Notes under the pieces: generated by a model
Told to the model about the DNA's origin: nothing
Seen by the model: only the letters and a program-made list of their open reading frames with translations
Databases searched by the model: none
In this document: in pieces, positions 18,838 to 27,742 of the stretch
How the letters are laid out: every line of letters begins with the position of its first letter
Numbering within the stretch: position 1 is the stretch's first letter
Assembly: GCA_044225365.1 (NCBI GenBank)
Contig: JBGAIQ010000009.1
Coordinates: 96,462-160,461 of the forward strand
Length of the DNA: 64,000 bases
Reading direction: 5' to 3'
DNA from: Planctomycetota bacterium
Lineage (GTDB): Bacteria > Planctomycetota > B15-G4 > JADJEK01
Translations under genes and position numbers: made by a program

Positions 18838-20090
18838 GCGCCTCCTGTCGAGGCGTCGCCAGCGCTTGCGTTCGCGTCCGGTTTGGCCGGGGATTCCGCG
18901 GACGCCGAACCGCTCGTCGCGGAATCGGGCGCCTCGGACTTCGATTCCTTGTCCTCACCGCGCGCGGCGGAGAGTTCAGCGCGGAGCCGGCGTTCGAACT
19001 CGTCGGCGCCGACGGGGCTCGCGGGGGTCGTCGAGGACGACGACTCCGGCGAAGCGTTGCCCGGCGCGACGCCGCCGGTGAGCAGCGCTTCGCGCGCCTT
19101 CTCGACCTCGGCATCGGCCGCACTGCCACGCGGCTCGTCGTACGCAGCCTGCGTCGGGCTCTTGATCTTGATGTCGTAGCCGGTGAGACGCGAGGCGAGT
19201 CGCACGTTCTGGCCCTTGCGACCGATCGCGAGCGAGAGCTGGTCGTCGTTCACGAGCACGTGAGCGATCTGGTTGGCGTCGTCGAGCTCGATCGAGTTGA
19301 TCGTCGCTGGCTTGAGCGCCTGCTGGATGAACTCTTCGGTGTCGTCGCTCCAACGGATGATGTCGATCTTCTCGCCGTTCAACTCGTCGGTGATCGCCTT
19401 GATGCGACTGCCGCGAATGCCGACGCAGGCGCCGATGCAGTCGACGCGCGAATCGATCGAATTGACCGCGATCTTGGTGCGGAAGCCCGGCTCGCGTGCC
19501 ACCGCTCGGATCTCGATCACGCGATCGGAGATCTCCGGCACTTCGAGCTCGAAGAGCTTGAGGACGAGCTCCGGTGCCGCGCGCGAGAGCATGATCTTGA
19601 CCTTCGGGCCGACCTTCTTGACGTCGTACACGATGGCCTTGATGCGGTCGCCCGGGTTGTAGTTCTCGGTGCGCACCTTCTCGTGCTTCGGGACGATGCC
19701 CTCGGCACGACCCAGGTTGACGATGATGTTGCCGAGCTCGATGCGCTGTACCGCACCGGACACGATCGTGTTGACCTTGTGCTCGTAGTCGCCGTAGATG
19801 ACGTCGCGTTCGGCGTCGCGGATTCGCTGGATGATGACCTGCTTCGCCGTCTGCGCGGCGATGCGGCCAAGCTCGGTCATGTTGATGCCTTCGGCTTCGA
19901 ACTCGCCGTCCCAGACATCGACCTTGCCGGATTCACGATCGATCTCGACGGCAAGGCCTTCGCGCTCGCCGTAGCGCTTCTTGACGGCGGTCAGCAACGC
20001 GCTCTCGATCGCTTCGAACAGGATCTCTTTGTCGATATCCTTGTCGCGATGGATGGCGTCGACCAGTCGAATGAGCTCTTCGCCGTTCAT
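18834..20090 (-). CDS. nusA: Transcription termination/antitermination factor NusA
   Basis: 418 aa from MNGEELIRLVDAIHRDKDIDKEILFEAIESALLTAVKKRYG. S1 and two KH domains. Extended acidic/low-complexity C-terminus. The ORF-track start at 20351 is trimmed to this internal ATG. Confidence 0.9.
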   Translation of the reverse strand: MNGEELIRLVDAIHRDKDIDKEILFEAIESALLTAVKKRYGEREGLAVEIDRESGKVDVWDGEFEAEGINMTELGRIAAQTAKQVIIQRIRDAERDVIYGDYEHKVNTIVSGAVQRIELGNIIVNLGRAEGIVPKHEKVRTENYNPGDRIKAIVYDVKKVGPKVKIMLSRAAPELVLKLFELEVPEISDRVIEIRAVAREPGFRTKIAVNSIDSRVDCIGACVGIRGSRIKAITDELNGEKIDIIRWSDDTEEFIQQALKPATINSIELDDANQIAHVLVNDDQLSLAIGRKGQNVRLASRLTGYDIKIKSPTQAAYDEPRGSAADAEVEKAREALLTGGVAPGNASPESSSSTTPASPVGADEFERRLRAELSAARGEDKESKSEAPDSATSGSASAESPAKPDANASAGDASTGGA

Positions 20091-20310
20091 GGCCTCGGTA
20101 CCGTCCGATCCGTTCGAATCGGCGGCGCTGTCCTTTGGATCAGGTGATGAAAATCCGTCGCTCGCGTCTTCGGATCGCGAAACGACCGTTCGGTGAATGA
20201 CCGAGCGAGCGCACCCTCGGGCTTTCGCCTCGAAGGCCGCTACCCCGCGATTCACCGACCTGCACCCCCGACTCCGGACCACCAGAAACACGACGTACGA
20301 GGCGACCTCC

Positions 20311-20339
20311 AAAAAAAGAAAGTGGGCAGAGCCCACTTT
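20311..20339 (-). terminator. Terminator-like hairpin + U7 tract on the minus strand within the nusA 5' leader (possible attenuator or upstream sRNA/gene terminator)
   Basis: On the minus strand: AAAGUGGGC-UCU-GCCCACUUU (9-bp perfect stem, 3-nt loop), then CUUUUUUU. It lies ~220 nt upstream of the nusA start. No rimP gene precedes it. Confidence 0.45.
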
Positions 20340-20523
20340 GCGGGGGTACACCTCGTGGTGCAGGCGGCGCTATCGTAAGCCGAGTCGTGAGGCCTTTCAA
20401 TTGCTTTCGCCCTACCGCCCACGCGGCCCGGTAAATAACCGTGAGACCGGGCTGCGTCGAATCGACCGCGATCCAGACTCCCCAAATGCCCAGTCGAAAG
20501 ACCTCTCGAGGCCAAGAACGTAC

Positions 20524-22506
20524 ATGACTGCCCGTTCCAAGCTGTTTCTCGGCCGCGTGGCGCTCGCGGTGTTCGGCCTCGGCACGCTGGGCCCGAGCCC
20601 ACGGGCAGCCGCTCGACAGCACGAAACAGAAACGCCCGTTCCCCCGCCAGCCCAGAAGCCGACGACCCCGGGCCAGGAAAATCCTCGCCGCGCATCCCGA
20701 GACGCGACGATCGAAAGCTTGATCTTCGGACCGAGCGGACTCGTGTCCGATGGCCCCCCCGGTGCCGCGGCCGTCGCGCTCGAAGAGGCTCTCACGGCGA
20801 GCGCACACCGCCTGCGGGCGATCACCGAAGCCTGCCCCCGCCCGCTCGGGGCGATCGGTCTCGACTTCGCGAGGGCTGCAGCGACCCGTCTCGACCCCAC
20901 TGCGCGACGCATCGCGACGGAACTTGCGGCGCGGGTGACTCCCTCCGACGCCGAGGACTGGCTGCTCGCGGGAGTCTCTCCCTGGCCTCCCGACGCGGGC
21001 GCCGCGACTCCCGTTCCGAGTCTGCCGCTCCCCGTGACGGACGTCCTCGACGCACTCGGTCGCGTCGGCAGCGAACACTCGAGCCACGCGATCGCCCGCT
21101 TCCTCGCCGCGAAGGACCCGCAGGTCGCGTACGCGGCGAAGAGCGCCGCCCTGCGCATCACGCCGCGCCTGCTCGCCCTCGGAAAGTCCGAGGAGGCCGC
21201 GCTCGCGCTGCGCGCCTTCGTCACCGGCGATCCGCGCGATCTCGTCCTGCGCGAGAATCTCGCCGTCGTGCTCGGCGTCTACCTCGAGCAGCCCGACGAG
21301 GGCCGCGCCGTCCTCGCGGCGTACCCCGAGACGGACGCGAGCCGCGGCCCGCTTTCGCACGACTTCGCCGAACTCGAAGTCGCACGCGCGATGATCGATT
21401 TCTTCGAAGGAGCGTCGGAGGGTGAACGCCACGCACTCGAACGACTGACGAGCGCCCGCGCGCGCGTGCTCGCCGCTCCGCCAGCGGTGGAAGCCGCGGC
21501 CGAGACTTTCGTGCGCGTCGAACTGTGTCGCGCGATCGTCCTGCTCGCGCAAGCGCAGCCCGATGTCGAAGCCGCCGCAAGAGCGATCGCGCTCGCCGTG
21601 GAGCACGCACCGCACGAGAACTCGCGCTACCGCTGCGACGACGCGCTCCATGGGCCGGCAGGACCGCGTGCCTGGCTCGAACGATTGCGGCGAATCGGTC
21701 GCCCCGAGATCCGTCGCGCGTTCTATCACGCGATGGCGAAGGCCGCGCACGCCGCGGATCCCGCCGCTTCTCCCGACGCCGAGATCCCGGCGCGCAGTTG
21801 GTCCGCGCTCTTCGCCGCGTCCGCCGCTCTCGACGACGGCGATCTCGACAGCGCGATCGAGAACGCGAGCGAACTCATCACGCGGATGCAGGGCTCGTCG
21901 GCGTGGTACGACCGCACGATGCTCGGAGAGGCCGAGTACGTGAAGGGAATGGCAACGCTCTTCCGGGGCGATGCGAAGGCAGCGTCCACGCTGCTCGAAT
22001 CCGCCTTCGCGCGGATCGAGGAGCTCGCGCGCGAGGAGGTCGACTCGTGGGCGCAGGACCGCATCGAACGCAACGCGCTCGTCGAAGCGGGCGCGGCGCC
22101 GATGCGCACGTCGCTCGCCTCGACCGAGGCGAGGATGGCACGCAGCGTCGTCGAAGCGGCGCTCGCGGCGAAGGATCGCAAGACGGCCCTGCGCTACGCC
22201 GCCGCCGCGGTCGCGGCCGATCCTTTCGATGACGCGTCGGTCGCACTCGAACTCGCCCTCGCCACGCCTGCCGAATCGAACCCGCGCGGCACGCGGGAGC
22301 GCGGCATGCGCGCCCTTTCGACCTTGCCCCGGTCGTCGGGGACGCTGCTCGATCTCGCTCGGCTCGCTGTCGCGCTGGGGGATGCGAGAGACGCTCAGAC
22401 GCTCTTCGAGCGACACGTCGAATGGAATGCCCTCACGCCTGCGCGCAAGGCGATCGAAGAGGGCCGCCGCGCCCGCGACCCTCTGCTCGCCACGATCGGG
22501 CGCTGA
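20524..22506 (+). CDS. Secreted Ala/Arg-rich helical-repeat hypothetical protein
   Basis: ~660 aa from [30 protein letters not shown] (signal peptide). Highly alpha-helical A/L/E/R-rich body resembling HEAT/TPR-like solenoids. No catalytic motif recognised. Confidence 0.55.
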   Translation: MTARSKLFLGRVALAVFGLGTLGPSPRAAARQHETETPVPPPAQKPTTPGQENPRRASRDATIESLIFGPSGLVSDGPPGAAAVALEEALTASAHRLRAITEACPRPLGAIGLDFARAAATRLDPTARRIATELAARVTPSDAEDWLLAGVSPWPPDAGAATPVPSLPLPVTDVLDALGRVGSEHSSHAIARFLAAKDPQVAYAAKSAALRITPRLLALGKSEEAALALRAFVTGDPRDLVLRENLAVVLGVYLEQPDEGRAVLAAYPETDASRGPLSHDFAELEVARAMIDFFEGASEGERHALERLTSARARVLAAPPAVEAAAETFVRVELCRAIVLLAQAQPDVEAAARAIALAVEHAPHENSRYRCDDALHGPAGPRAWLERLRRIGRPEIRRAFYHAMAKAAHAADPAASPDAEIPARSWSALFAASAALDDGDLDSAIENASELITRMQGSSAWYDRTMLGEAEYVKGMATLFRGDAKAASTLLESAFARIEELAREEVDSWAQDRIERNALVEAGAAPMRTSLASTEARMARSVVEAALAAKDRKTALRYAAAAVAADPFDDASVALELALATPAESNPRGTRERGMRALSTLPRSSGTLLDLARLAVALGDARDAQTLFERHVEWNALTPARKAIEEGRRARDPLLATIGR

Positions 22507-22582
22507 GCTGCGGAAAACGCGACGAGTGGCGCGGGCGAACCGTCGCGGGATAGAATGCGCGGTCGTTCCCAGGAGCCGAGAC

Positions 22583-22789
22583 GTGAAGATTCGAATCGTC
22601 CTCAACGGACGCGTAAGAGAGATCGACGACACGACGACGATCGCGCAGCTCCTGCTCACCCTCGAGCAGAAGCCCGCGCTGCTCGCGGTCGAGCGCAATC
22701 AGCGCATCGTGCCGAAGGCGCTCCATGCGACGACCTGCCTCGCCGATGGCGACCAGATCGAGATCGTCACGTTCGTGGGCGGAGGCTGA
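22583..22789 (+). CDS. thiS: Sulfur-carrier protein ThiS
   Basis: 68 aa, GTG start: [68 protein letters not shown]. Ubiquitin-like fold ending in GG. Stop is 1 nt before the thiG ATG. Confidence 0.8.
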   Translation: MKIRIVLNGRVREIDDTTTIAQLLLTLEQKPALLAVERNQRIVPKALHATTCLADGDQIEIVTFVGGG

Positions 22790-22790
22790 G

Positions 22791-23606
22791 ATGACGACGC
22801 AGGACGCAGCGACCGAATTCGCGATCGAACCGCTCGTGGTCGGTCCGTACACGATGAAGTCTCGACTCATCGTCGGCACCGGGAAGTACCGAGATTTCGA
22901 ACAGATGGAGCAGGCGATCGAGGCGTCGGGCGCCGATTGCGTGACCGTGGCGCTGCGCCGCGTCGACCTCTCCCAGAAGGAGACGATCCTCGATCATCTC
23001 GATCGGAAGAAGATCGTCCTCTTGCCGAACACCGCGGGCTGCTACACGGTCGAGGACGCGCTGCGCATCTCCCGCCTCGCGCGCGAGATGCTCGACACCA
23101 CGCTCGTGAAACTCGAAGTGATCGCAGACCCGGTGACGCTCCTGCCCGATCCCATCGCGACGCTCGAAGCCACCGCGGTGCTCGTGAAGGAAGGCTTCAC
23201 GGTGATGGCGTACACCAGCGACGATCCCGTGCTCGCGCGGCGGCTCGAGGCCGCGGGCGCGGCCGCCGTGATGCCGCTCGGATCCGCGATCGGTTCGGGG
23301 ATGGGCATTCTCAATCGCCACAACATTCGCCTGATCCGCGACACTTTGAAGTGCCCGGTGATCGTCGATGCCGGAGTGGGCACGGCGTCGGACGTGACGG
23401 TCGCGTTCGAACTCGGCGTCGCCGGTGTGCTGTTGAACACCGCGATCGCGCACGCGCAGGATCCCGTCCGCATGGCGCGGGCGATGCGGCTCGCGACCGA
23501 AGCCGGCATCCAGGCCTTCCGCGCAGGACGCATGCCGGCGAAGGCGTACGCGAGTCCGTCGTCGCCGACCGAGGGTCTCATCACGGGCGGGAGCAAGACG
23601 GCGTGA
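22791..23606 (+). CDS. thiG: Thiazole synthase ThiG
   Basis: 271 aa from [60 protein letters not shown]. Conserved ThiG TIM-barrel motifs ([19 protein letters not shown]). Confidence 0.9.
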   Translation: MTTQDAATEFAIEPLVVGPYTMKSRLIVGTGKYRDFEQMEQAIEASGADCVTVALRRVDLSQKETILDHLDRKKIVLLPNTAGCYTVEDALRISRLAREMLDTTLVKLEVIADPVTLLPDPIATLEATAVLVKEGFTVMAYTSDDPVLARRLEAAGAAAVMPLGSAIGSGMGILNRHNIRLIRDTLKCPVIVDAGVGTASDVTVAFELGVAGVLLNTAIAHAQDPVRMARAMRLATEAGIQAFRAGRMPAKAYASPSSPTEGLITGGSKTA

Positions 23607-24457
23607 CGGGCGTGGAAGACGAACTCGATTCCGGGGCCGCGGCGGATCTCGACGCGAAGGAAGCGCGACTGCGTAGAGCGGTGCGGGAGCTCGAAGGCGG
23701 CGTCGTCGTCGCGTTCTCTGGCGGCGTCGATTCGGCGCTCCTGCTCCTCGTCTGCGCGGACGAGCTGAAGGGCCGGGTGCTCGCGGTCACCGCCGAGTCG
23801 CCGTCGTTCCCGCAGCAGGATCGCCGCGACGCCGCACTCGTCGCGAAGCAGCTCGAGGTCGCTCACGTCAGCGTCTCGACGCACGAGATGAACGATCCGC
23901 AGTACGTCCAGAACGACGCCTCGCGCTGCTACTTCTGCAAGCACTCGTTGTTCGAGACCCTAGAGCCGATCGCGCGCTCCTCCGGCCTTCGCCATCTCGC
24001 GTTCGGCGCCAACCTCGACGACGAAGGCGATTATCGACCGGGCCATCGCGCCGCGGCGGAGTTCGCCGTCAAGGCGCCGCTGCTCGATGCGGGATTGCGA
24101 AAGGCCGACGTCCGCGCGCTCGCGAAGAAGCTCGGACTCTCGATCTGGAACAAGCCCGGCTCGGCGTGCCTCGCCTCGCGGATCCCCTACGGAACGGCGA
24201 TCGATCCCGCCGTCCTGGCGCGCGTCGACGCCGCGGAGAATGCGCTGCGGGAGCTCGGATTCCCGCAACTGCGCGTGCGGCATCATGGCGACGTCGCGCG
24301 TCTCGAGCTCGATCCAAGCGACATCGCGCGTGCGGCGGAATCGCGCGAGGCGATCCACGCGGTGTTGCGCGCACAGGGCTGGCGCTATGCGACGCTCGAT
24401 CTGCTCGGCTATCGCACGGGCAGTCTCAACGAAGCGCTGCCGCGACGCGAGACCTGA
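23603..24457 (+). CDS. PP-loop superfamily ATPase, LarE/TIGR00268-like sulfur transferase (CxxC + C type)
   Basis: 284 aa. GTG start overlaps the thiG stop (GTGA). PP-loop [14 protein letters not shown]. Cysteines RCYFCKH (CxxC) and [12 protein letters not shown]. The ORF-track entry 22937..24457 is trimmed. Confidence 0.8.
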   Translation: MTGVEDELDSGAAADLDAKEARLRRAVRELEGGVVVAFSGGVDSALLLLVCADELKGRVLAVTAESPSFPQQDRRDAALVAKQLEVAHVSVSTHEMNDPQYVQNDASRCYFCKHSLFETLEPIARSSGLRHLAFGANLDDEGDYRPGHRAAAEFAVKAPLLDAGLRKADVRALAKKLGLSIWNKPGSACLASRIPYGTAIDPAVLARVDAAENALRELGFPQLRVRHHGDVARLELDPSDIARAAESREAIHAVLRAQGWRYATLDLLGYRTGSLNEALPRRET

Positions 24458-24463
24458 ACGATC

Positions 24464-24479
24464 GGCGACCCGCGTCGCC
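24464..24479. terminator. GC-rich hairpin in the 24-nt gap between convergent genes (possible bidirectional terminator, no U-tract)
   Basis: ggcgac-ccgc-gtcgcc perfect 6-bp stem. Confidence 0.3.
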
Positions 24480-24481
24480 CA

Positions 24482-25765
24482 TCAGCCGCGGGTGCGGCGC
24501 AGGACGTCCGCGAGCGAGCGTGCCGAACGATAGCCGACGAGCTTCTCGACGATGCTTCCGTCCTTGTCGATGAAGACCATCGTCGGCACGATGGCCGCGT
24601 TGTGCCGCGCGGCGAGCGCGCGTTCGAGCGCCGGATTCAGTCGCACGCAGACGAAACGAGACCGCAAGAGCTCCGACACTTCGGCGTCCTGCAGAGTTCG
24701 CTGATCGAGATCACGCGCGATCTTCGACCAATCGGCGGTATAGAGCACGCAGAGCGTCTTCTTGTCCCTCTTCGCGAGCTCCTCGCCCTTGCCGATGTCG
24801 GTGAGCCATTCCACCGGCTTGTCGGTGCGGGGGCGCGGTGGCTCGAGCTGGAGCGGGTCGGAGTCGAGCAAGGCCTGCTGCGCGGAATCGACGCTCTCCT
24901 CGCCGACGTCGACCCGCCGCGCCTCCGGCATGAGACTCGTGATTCGATACGGAATGCCGCCGAACTGGATCGGAACGGTGCATGGAACGAGTTCGAGGCC
25001 CTGCGGGAGTGGCGCGCCTGGCGCGAGTTCGATCAGTGCCCAGCGTGCCGAGCCGACGGCGTACATCGCCGTACCGCTGTCGTCATAGAGCACGACCCGC
25101 GCGTCCTTGCCGAGCAGCTTCGCGGTTCCTTCGCGCCAGTTCGCATCGATCACGAAGAGCTTCGTCATCTCCGACGGATCGTTGGAGCGCGGGAGCCAGG
25201 AATAGAACGTGAATCGGCACGCGTCCTCGATCCGGTCCGAACCGCCGGACGTCTCAACCCTCGCGCCGAAGTAGACGGTGACGGGGACCGCGGTGAATTC
25301 GACGTAGTCGGTCTCGCGCTGCGGATCCTTCACGACGACACCCTTCACGGGCTCTTGTTCATCGCTCCCGGAGAAGGATTGATCGCGATCGCGATCGATC
25401 CACAGCAGGTCGTAGCGATGCGTCGAGGGATTCGATTGGTCGAGGATGATCGTCTGGCGCCCACCGCGGCCGAAGCGCACGATTCCGTAGAGCGGCGTGT
25501 CGCACCGGAGCTGCGGGAGTTGCTTGATCTCGAGCATCGGTTTCTGAGCGAGCGCGATGGCGGTCGGCGAGCGCGAGACGAACGGACGCTCAGCCGGGTT
25601 CCCGGCCACGAGTTCGAGGGGGAACGACGTCTTCTTGACGAGGTTTCCGGCCGTGATGCCAACCTGGTTCGGATCGTCCTGCTGCGGGTCGGGTTGTTGG
25701 GCGAACGCGCGGCTGAAGCACAGCGCGCCGAAGGCCACGGCGAAGGCGAACGGGAAACGAAGCAT
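24482..25765 (-). CDS. Secreted protein with C-terminal thioredoxin-fold domain lacking the CxxC active site
   Basis: ~427 aa from MLRFPFAFAVAFGALCFSRAFAQQ (signal). The C-terminus (KKTLCVLYTADWSKIARDL...IVPTMVFIDKDGSIVEKLVGY) is Trx-like, but the usual W-C-x-x-C reads W-S-K-I-A. Confidence 0.6.
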   Translation of the reverse strand: MLRFPFAFAVAFGALCFSRAFAQQPDPQQDDPNQVGITAGNLVKKTSFPLELVAGNPAERPFVSRSPTAIALAQKPMLEIKQLPQLRCDTPLYGIVRFGRGGRQTIILDQSNPSTHRYDLLWIDRDRDQSFSGSDEQEPVKGVVVKDPQRETDYVEFTAVPVTVYFGARVETSGGSDRIEDACRFTFYSWLPRSNDPSEMTKLFVIDANWREGTAKLLGKDARVVLYDDSGTAMYAVGSARWALIELAPGAPLPQGLELVPCTVPIQFGGIPYRITSLMPEARRVDVGEESVDSAQQALLDSDPLQLEPPRPRTDKPVEWLTDIGKGEELAKRDKKTLCVLYTADWSKIARDLDQRTLQDAEVSELLRSRFVCVRLNPALERALAARHNAAIVPTMVFIDKDGSIVEKLVGYRSARSLADVLRRTRG

Positions 25766-25829
25766 TCTCGAACTCTCTCTTCGAAGGAAGATCAGATTCT
25801 TCGGCGATCGACGGGCTCGCGCAAGAGCC

Positions 25830-27032
25830 CTACTTCTGGAAGATCGGCAAGTACTGCTGCGGCATGAGGAGGATGAGGCACGCGGACGCCGTGGAATAGA
25901 CTCGACCGTAGTCGCTCTCACCGATCGAGCCCTTCGGATCCTGGCTCTCCGCGAACTCGTCGACGATCGCCGTCTGCCACGCGCGGAACAGACTGGGATC
26001 ACGGTACAGGTAGTAGGCCTCTGCCGCATAGAGCCGCGCGTAGAAGGGATGAGTATCGCCGAGAGTGCGCAGGCTGGGATTCAGAACCGGATCCTTGATC
26101 TGCATGTACTCGATGCCGCGGTCGATCACGTCGCTGGCATAGTCGCCCGTGGCGTTGAGGGTCGCGATGGCGGCAGCCGTGAGTCCGTAACTCACCTGCT
26201 CCTTCATCATCTTGCTGTAGCAGAAGGCCCCGCTCGGCCGCTGGAGCTCCCTCACGTACTTCACGGCGTCGTCGATGCATTGCTTGTTGACGTAGATTCC
26301 GACGTCGCGTGCCGCTCGCAGGGCCTGGATCATCGTGATGGTGACCGACCCCTCGTGCTCGGCGTCTCCGGGCTCGTAATACCAGCCGCCATCCTTCGTC
26401 TGCGACCATTCGATGAGCTGGACGGCGTCGACGAGGATCCGGCGCAGCTCGGCCATCTCGCCGCGCACGCGCTTCACCGAGCCGTCCCCGTAGGCATCGT
26501 CGATGCGGTAGGTGCCATAGGCCTCGGCGAGGGCGAGGGTCGCGTACCCGTGGCCGTGCATCTTCGACGTCCCGTCACCGGGGAACGAGAAGTAGATGTG
26601 GTTGACGTCGATGTCCTCGGCCTTGTCCTCACCCAGAATCCGATGCGCGGTGAACGTCGTGGCGTTGCCGCACTTCATGAGGAACTGGATCGCCTTCTGC
26701 ACGTTCTCGCGATACGGCCCGCGGCCGAGCGTCGAGCCACCCGCCATGAACGCGAGCGCACTGAGGGCGGTCACGGCGACGGGAGCCGACGTCACTCCGG
26801 TATCGGACTTCGCCTTGTTGAACTGACCATCCTCGGCCTGTTGCTTCGCGAGCCACTCGAGCCCGCGCTGGCCGATCTCGAACGCGCGATCCTCGACCTC
26901 GCGCGTGGCGTGCTGGGAATTCCCGTCCGATCCGAAACCGGCGCCGCTCGGGCGGCACATCGCCTTCGCCGCGACGAGGATTGCCGCGACAGCGAGGACA
27001 GTGCTTACCGGGATGGCGCGGGCCGGGATCAT
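25830..27032 (-). CDS. Secreted QW-motif prenyltransferase/squalene-cyclase-fold repeat protein (paralog 1)
   Basis: 400 aa. Signal MIPARAIPVSTVLAVAAILVAAKA. Repeats such as LEWLAKQQAEDGQF and LIEWSQTKDGGWYYEP (QxxDGGW). C-terminal ...QQYLPIFQK. Homologous along its length to 32941..34149. Confidence 0.7.
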   Translation of the reverse strand: MIPARAIPVSTVLAVAAILVAAKAMCRPSGAGFGSDGNSQHATREVEDRAFEIGQRGLEWLAKQQAEDGQFNKAKSDTGVTSAPVAVTALSALAFMAGGSTLGRGPYRENVQKAIQFLMKCGNATTFTAHRILGEDKAEDIDVNHIYFSFPGDGTSKMHGHGYATLALAEAYGTYRIDDAYGDGSVKRVRGEMAELRRILVDAVQLIEWSQTKDGGWYYEPGDAEHEGSVTITMIQALRAARDVGIYVNKQCIDDAVKYVRELQRPSGAFCYSKMMKEQVSYGLTAAAIATLNATGDYASDVIDRGIEYMQIKDPVLNPSLRTLGDTHPFYARLYAAEAYYLYRDPSLFRAWQTAIVDEFAESQDPKGSIGESDYGRVYSTASACLILLMPQQYLPIFQK

Positions 27033-27742
27033 CAGGGCTGCTTGCTCTTGTTCCGCGTCCGGTAGTACTGCAACAGGAGCTCTCGATAGCGGTCCGGGAA
27101 CTCGTTCTGCGAGAGCTTCTGGAACATCTCCTGGACCTTCGGCGGCAGGACGCCCCAGCGGCCGGCGACGTTCTCGCGCTGGTACTTCTCCTTCTCCGAC
27201 GGCGGATCGACGCCATCCGCCTTCTGCTGATCCGGCTTGCTCTTGTCCGGCCCACCATCCTTCGGCTGGCCCGATTTCTCCTCGGGCTTCTGCTTGCCCT
27301 CGCCCTTGTCCTTCTCGCCTTGCTGCTTCAGCTTGTCGACCTCGGGATCCTTGCCCCGCTCGTCCTGCTGTTTCTGCTGGGGAGAGTTCTTGGGATCGGG
27401 CTCGCCCGACCCCTTGCCGCCGCTGTTGGACTGCCGCTTCGCCATGCGGACGAGTTCCTCGATGTCCGTCACGGCCTGCGACTGCTTGGATTGGATGTCC
27501 TTCAGCAGCTTGTCGAGATCGGCTTTCACCTGCTCGATCCTCGCGGCGGCATCCTTGGGCGCATCCTTCGCAGCCTGCAACAGCAGCTCGTCGATCTCGC
27601 CCATCTCCTTACGGATCTTGGCTTGGAGCTCCTTCGCCTTGATCTCGTCGGCTTGTCCCCCGTCCTGCGCGACCGCGCGCTGCGCGCTCACGCCCGTGAG
27701 GATCGCCGCGACGCAGAGGAATCGCTGGATGCGCGTGTTCAT
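27032..27742 (-). CDS. Secreted low-complexity K/E/Q/D-rich protein
   Basis: 236 aa. Signal MNTRIQRFLCVAAILTGVSAQRAVAQ. Extremely charged body (KGSGEPDPKNSPQQKQQDERGKDPEVDKLKQQGEKDKGEGKQKPEEKSGQPKDGG...). Start overlaps the upstream stop; its own stop overlaps the downstream start. Confidence 0.55.
   Translation of the reverse strand: MNTRIQRFLCVAAILTGVSAQRAVAQDGGQADEIKAKELQAKIRKEMGEIDELLLQAAKDAPKDAAARIEQVKADLDKLLKDIQSKQSQAVTDIEELVRMAKRQSNSGGKGSGEPDPKNSPQQKQQDERGKDPEVDKLKQQGEKDKGEGKQKPEEKSGQPKDGGPDKSKPDQQKADGVDPPSEKEKYQRENVAGRWGVLPPKVQEMFQKLSQNEFPDRYRELLLQYYRTRNKSKQP

Noticed and set aside
20340-20523. tRNA (e.g. initiator tRNA as in E. coli metY-rimP-nusA) or rimP in the nusA upstream region
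   Set aside because: - No T-loop (GTTCGAATC-like) or cloverleaf-compatible segment was found by eye.
- No RimP-like ORF exists on the minus strand.
- Only the hairpin + U7 was retained as a feature.
22507-22582. Possible TPP (THI-box) riboswitch upstream of thiS
   Set aside because: - The intergenic space is only ~76 nt.
- It lacks the conserved GGGG-UGC...CUGAGA core.
- Only a weak resemblance to the P4/P5 region was seen: GAACC...GGAUAGAAUGCGCGG.
- A degenerate element cannot be excluded without a covariance-model scan.
26596-27258. Short ORFs on either strand nested inside the QW-repeat and K/E-rich genes (26596..26826 +, 26629..27258 -)
   Set aside because: They have no motifs, lie fully inside better-supported genes in other frames, and show a GC-bias artefact composition.
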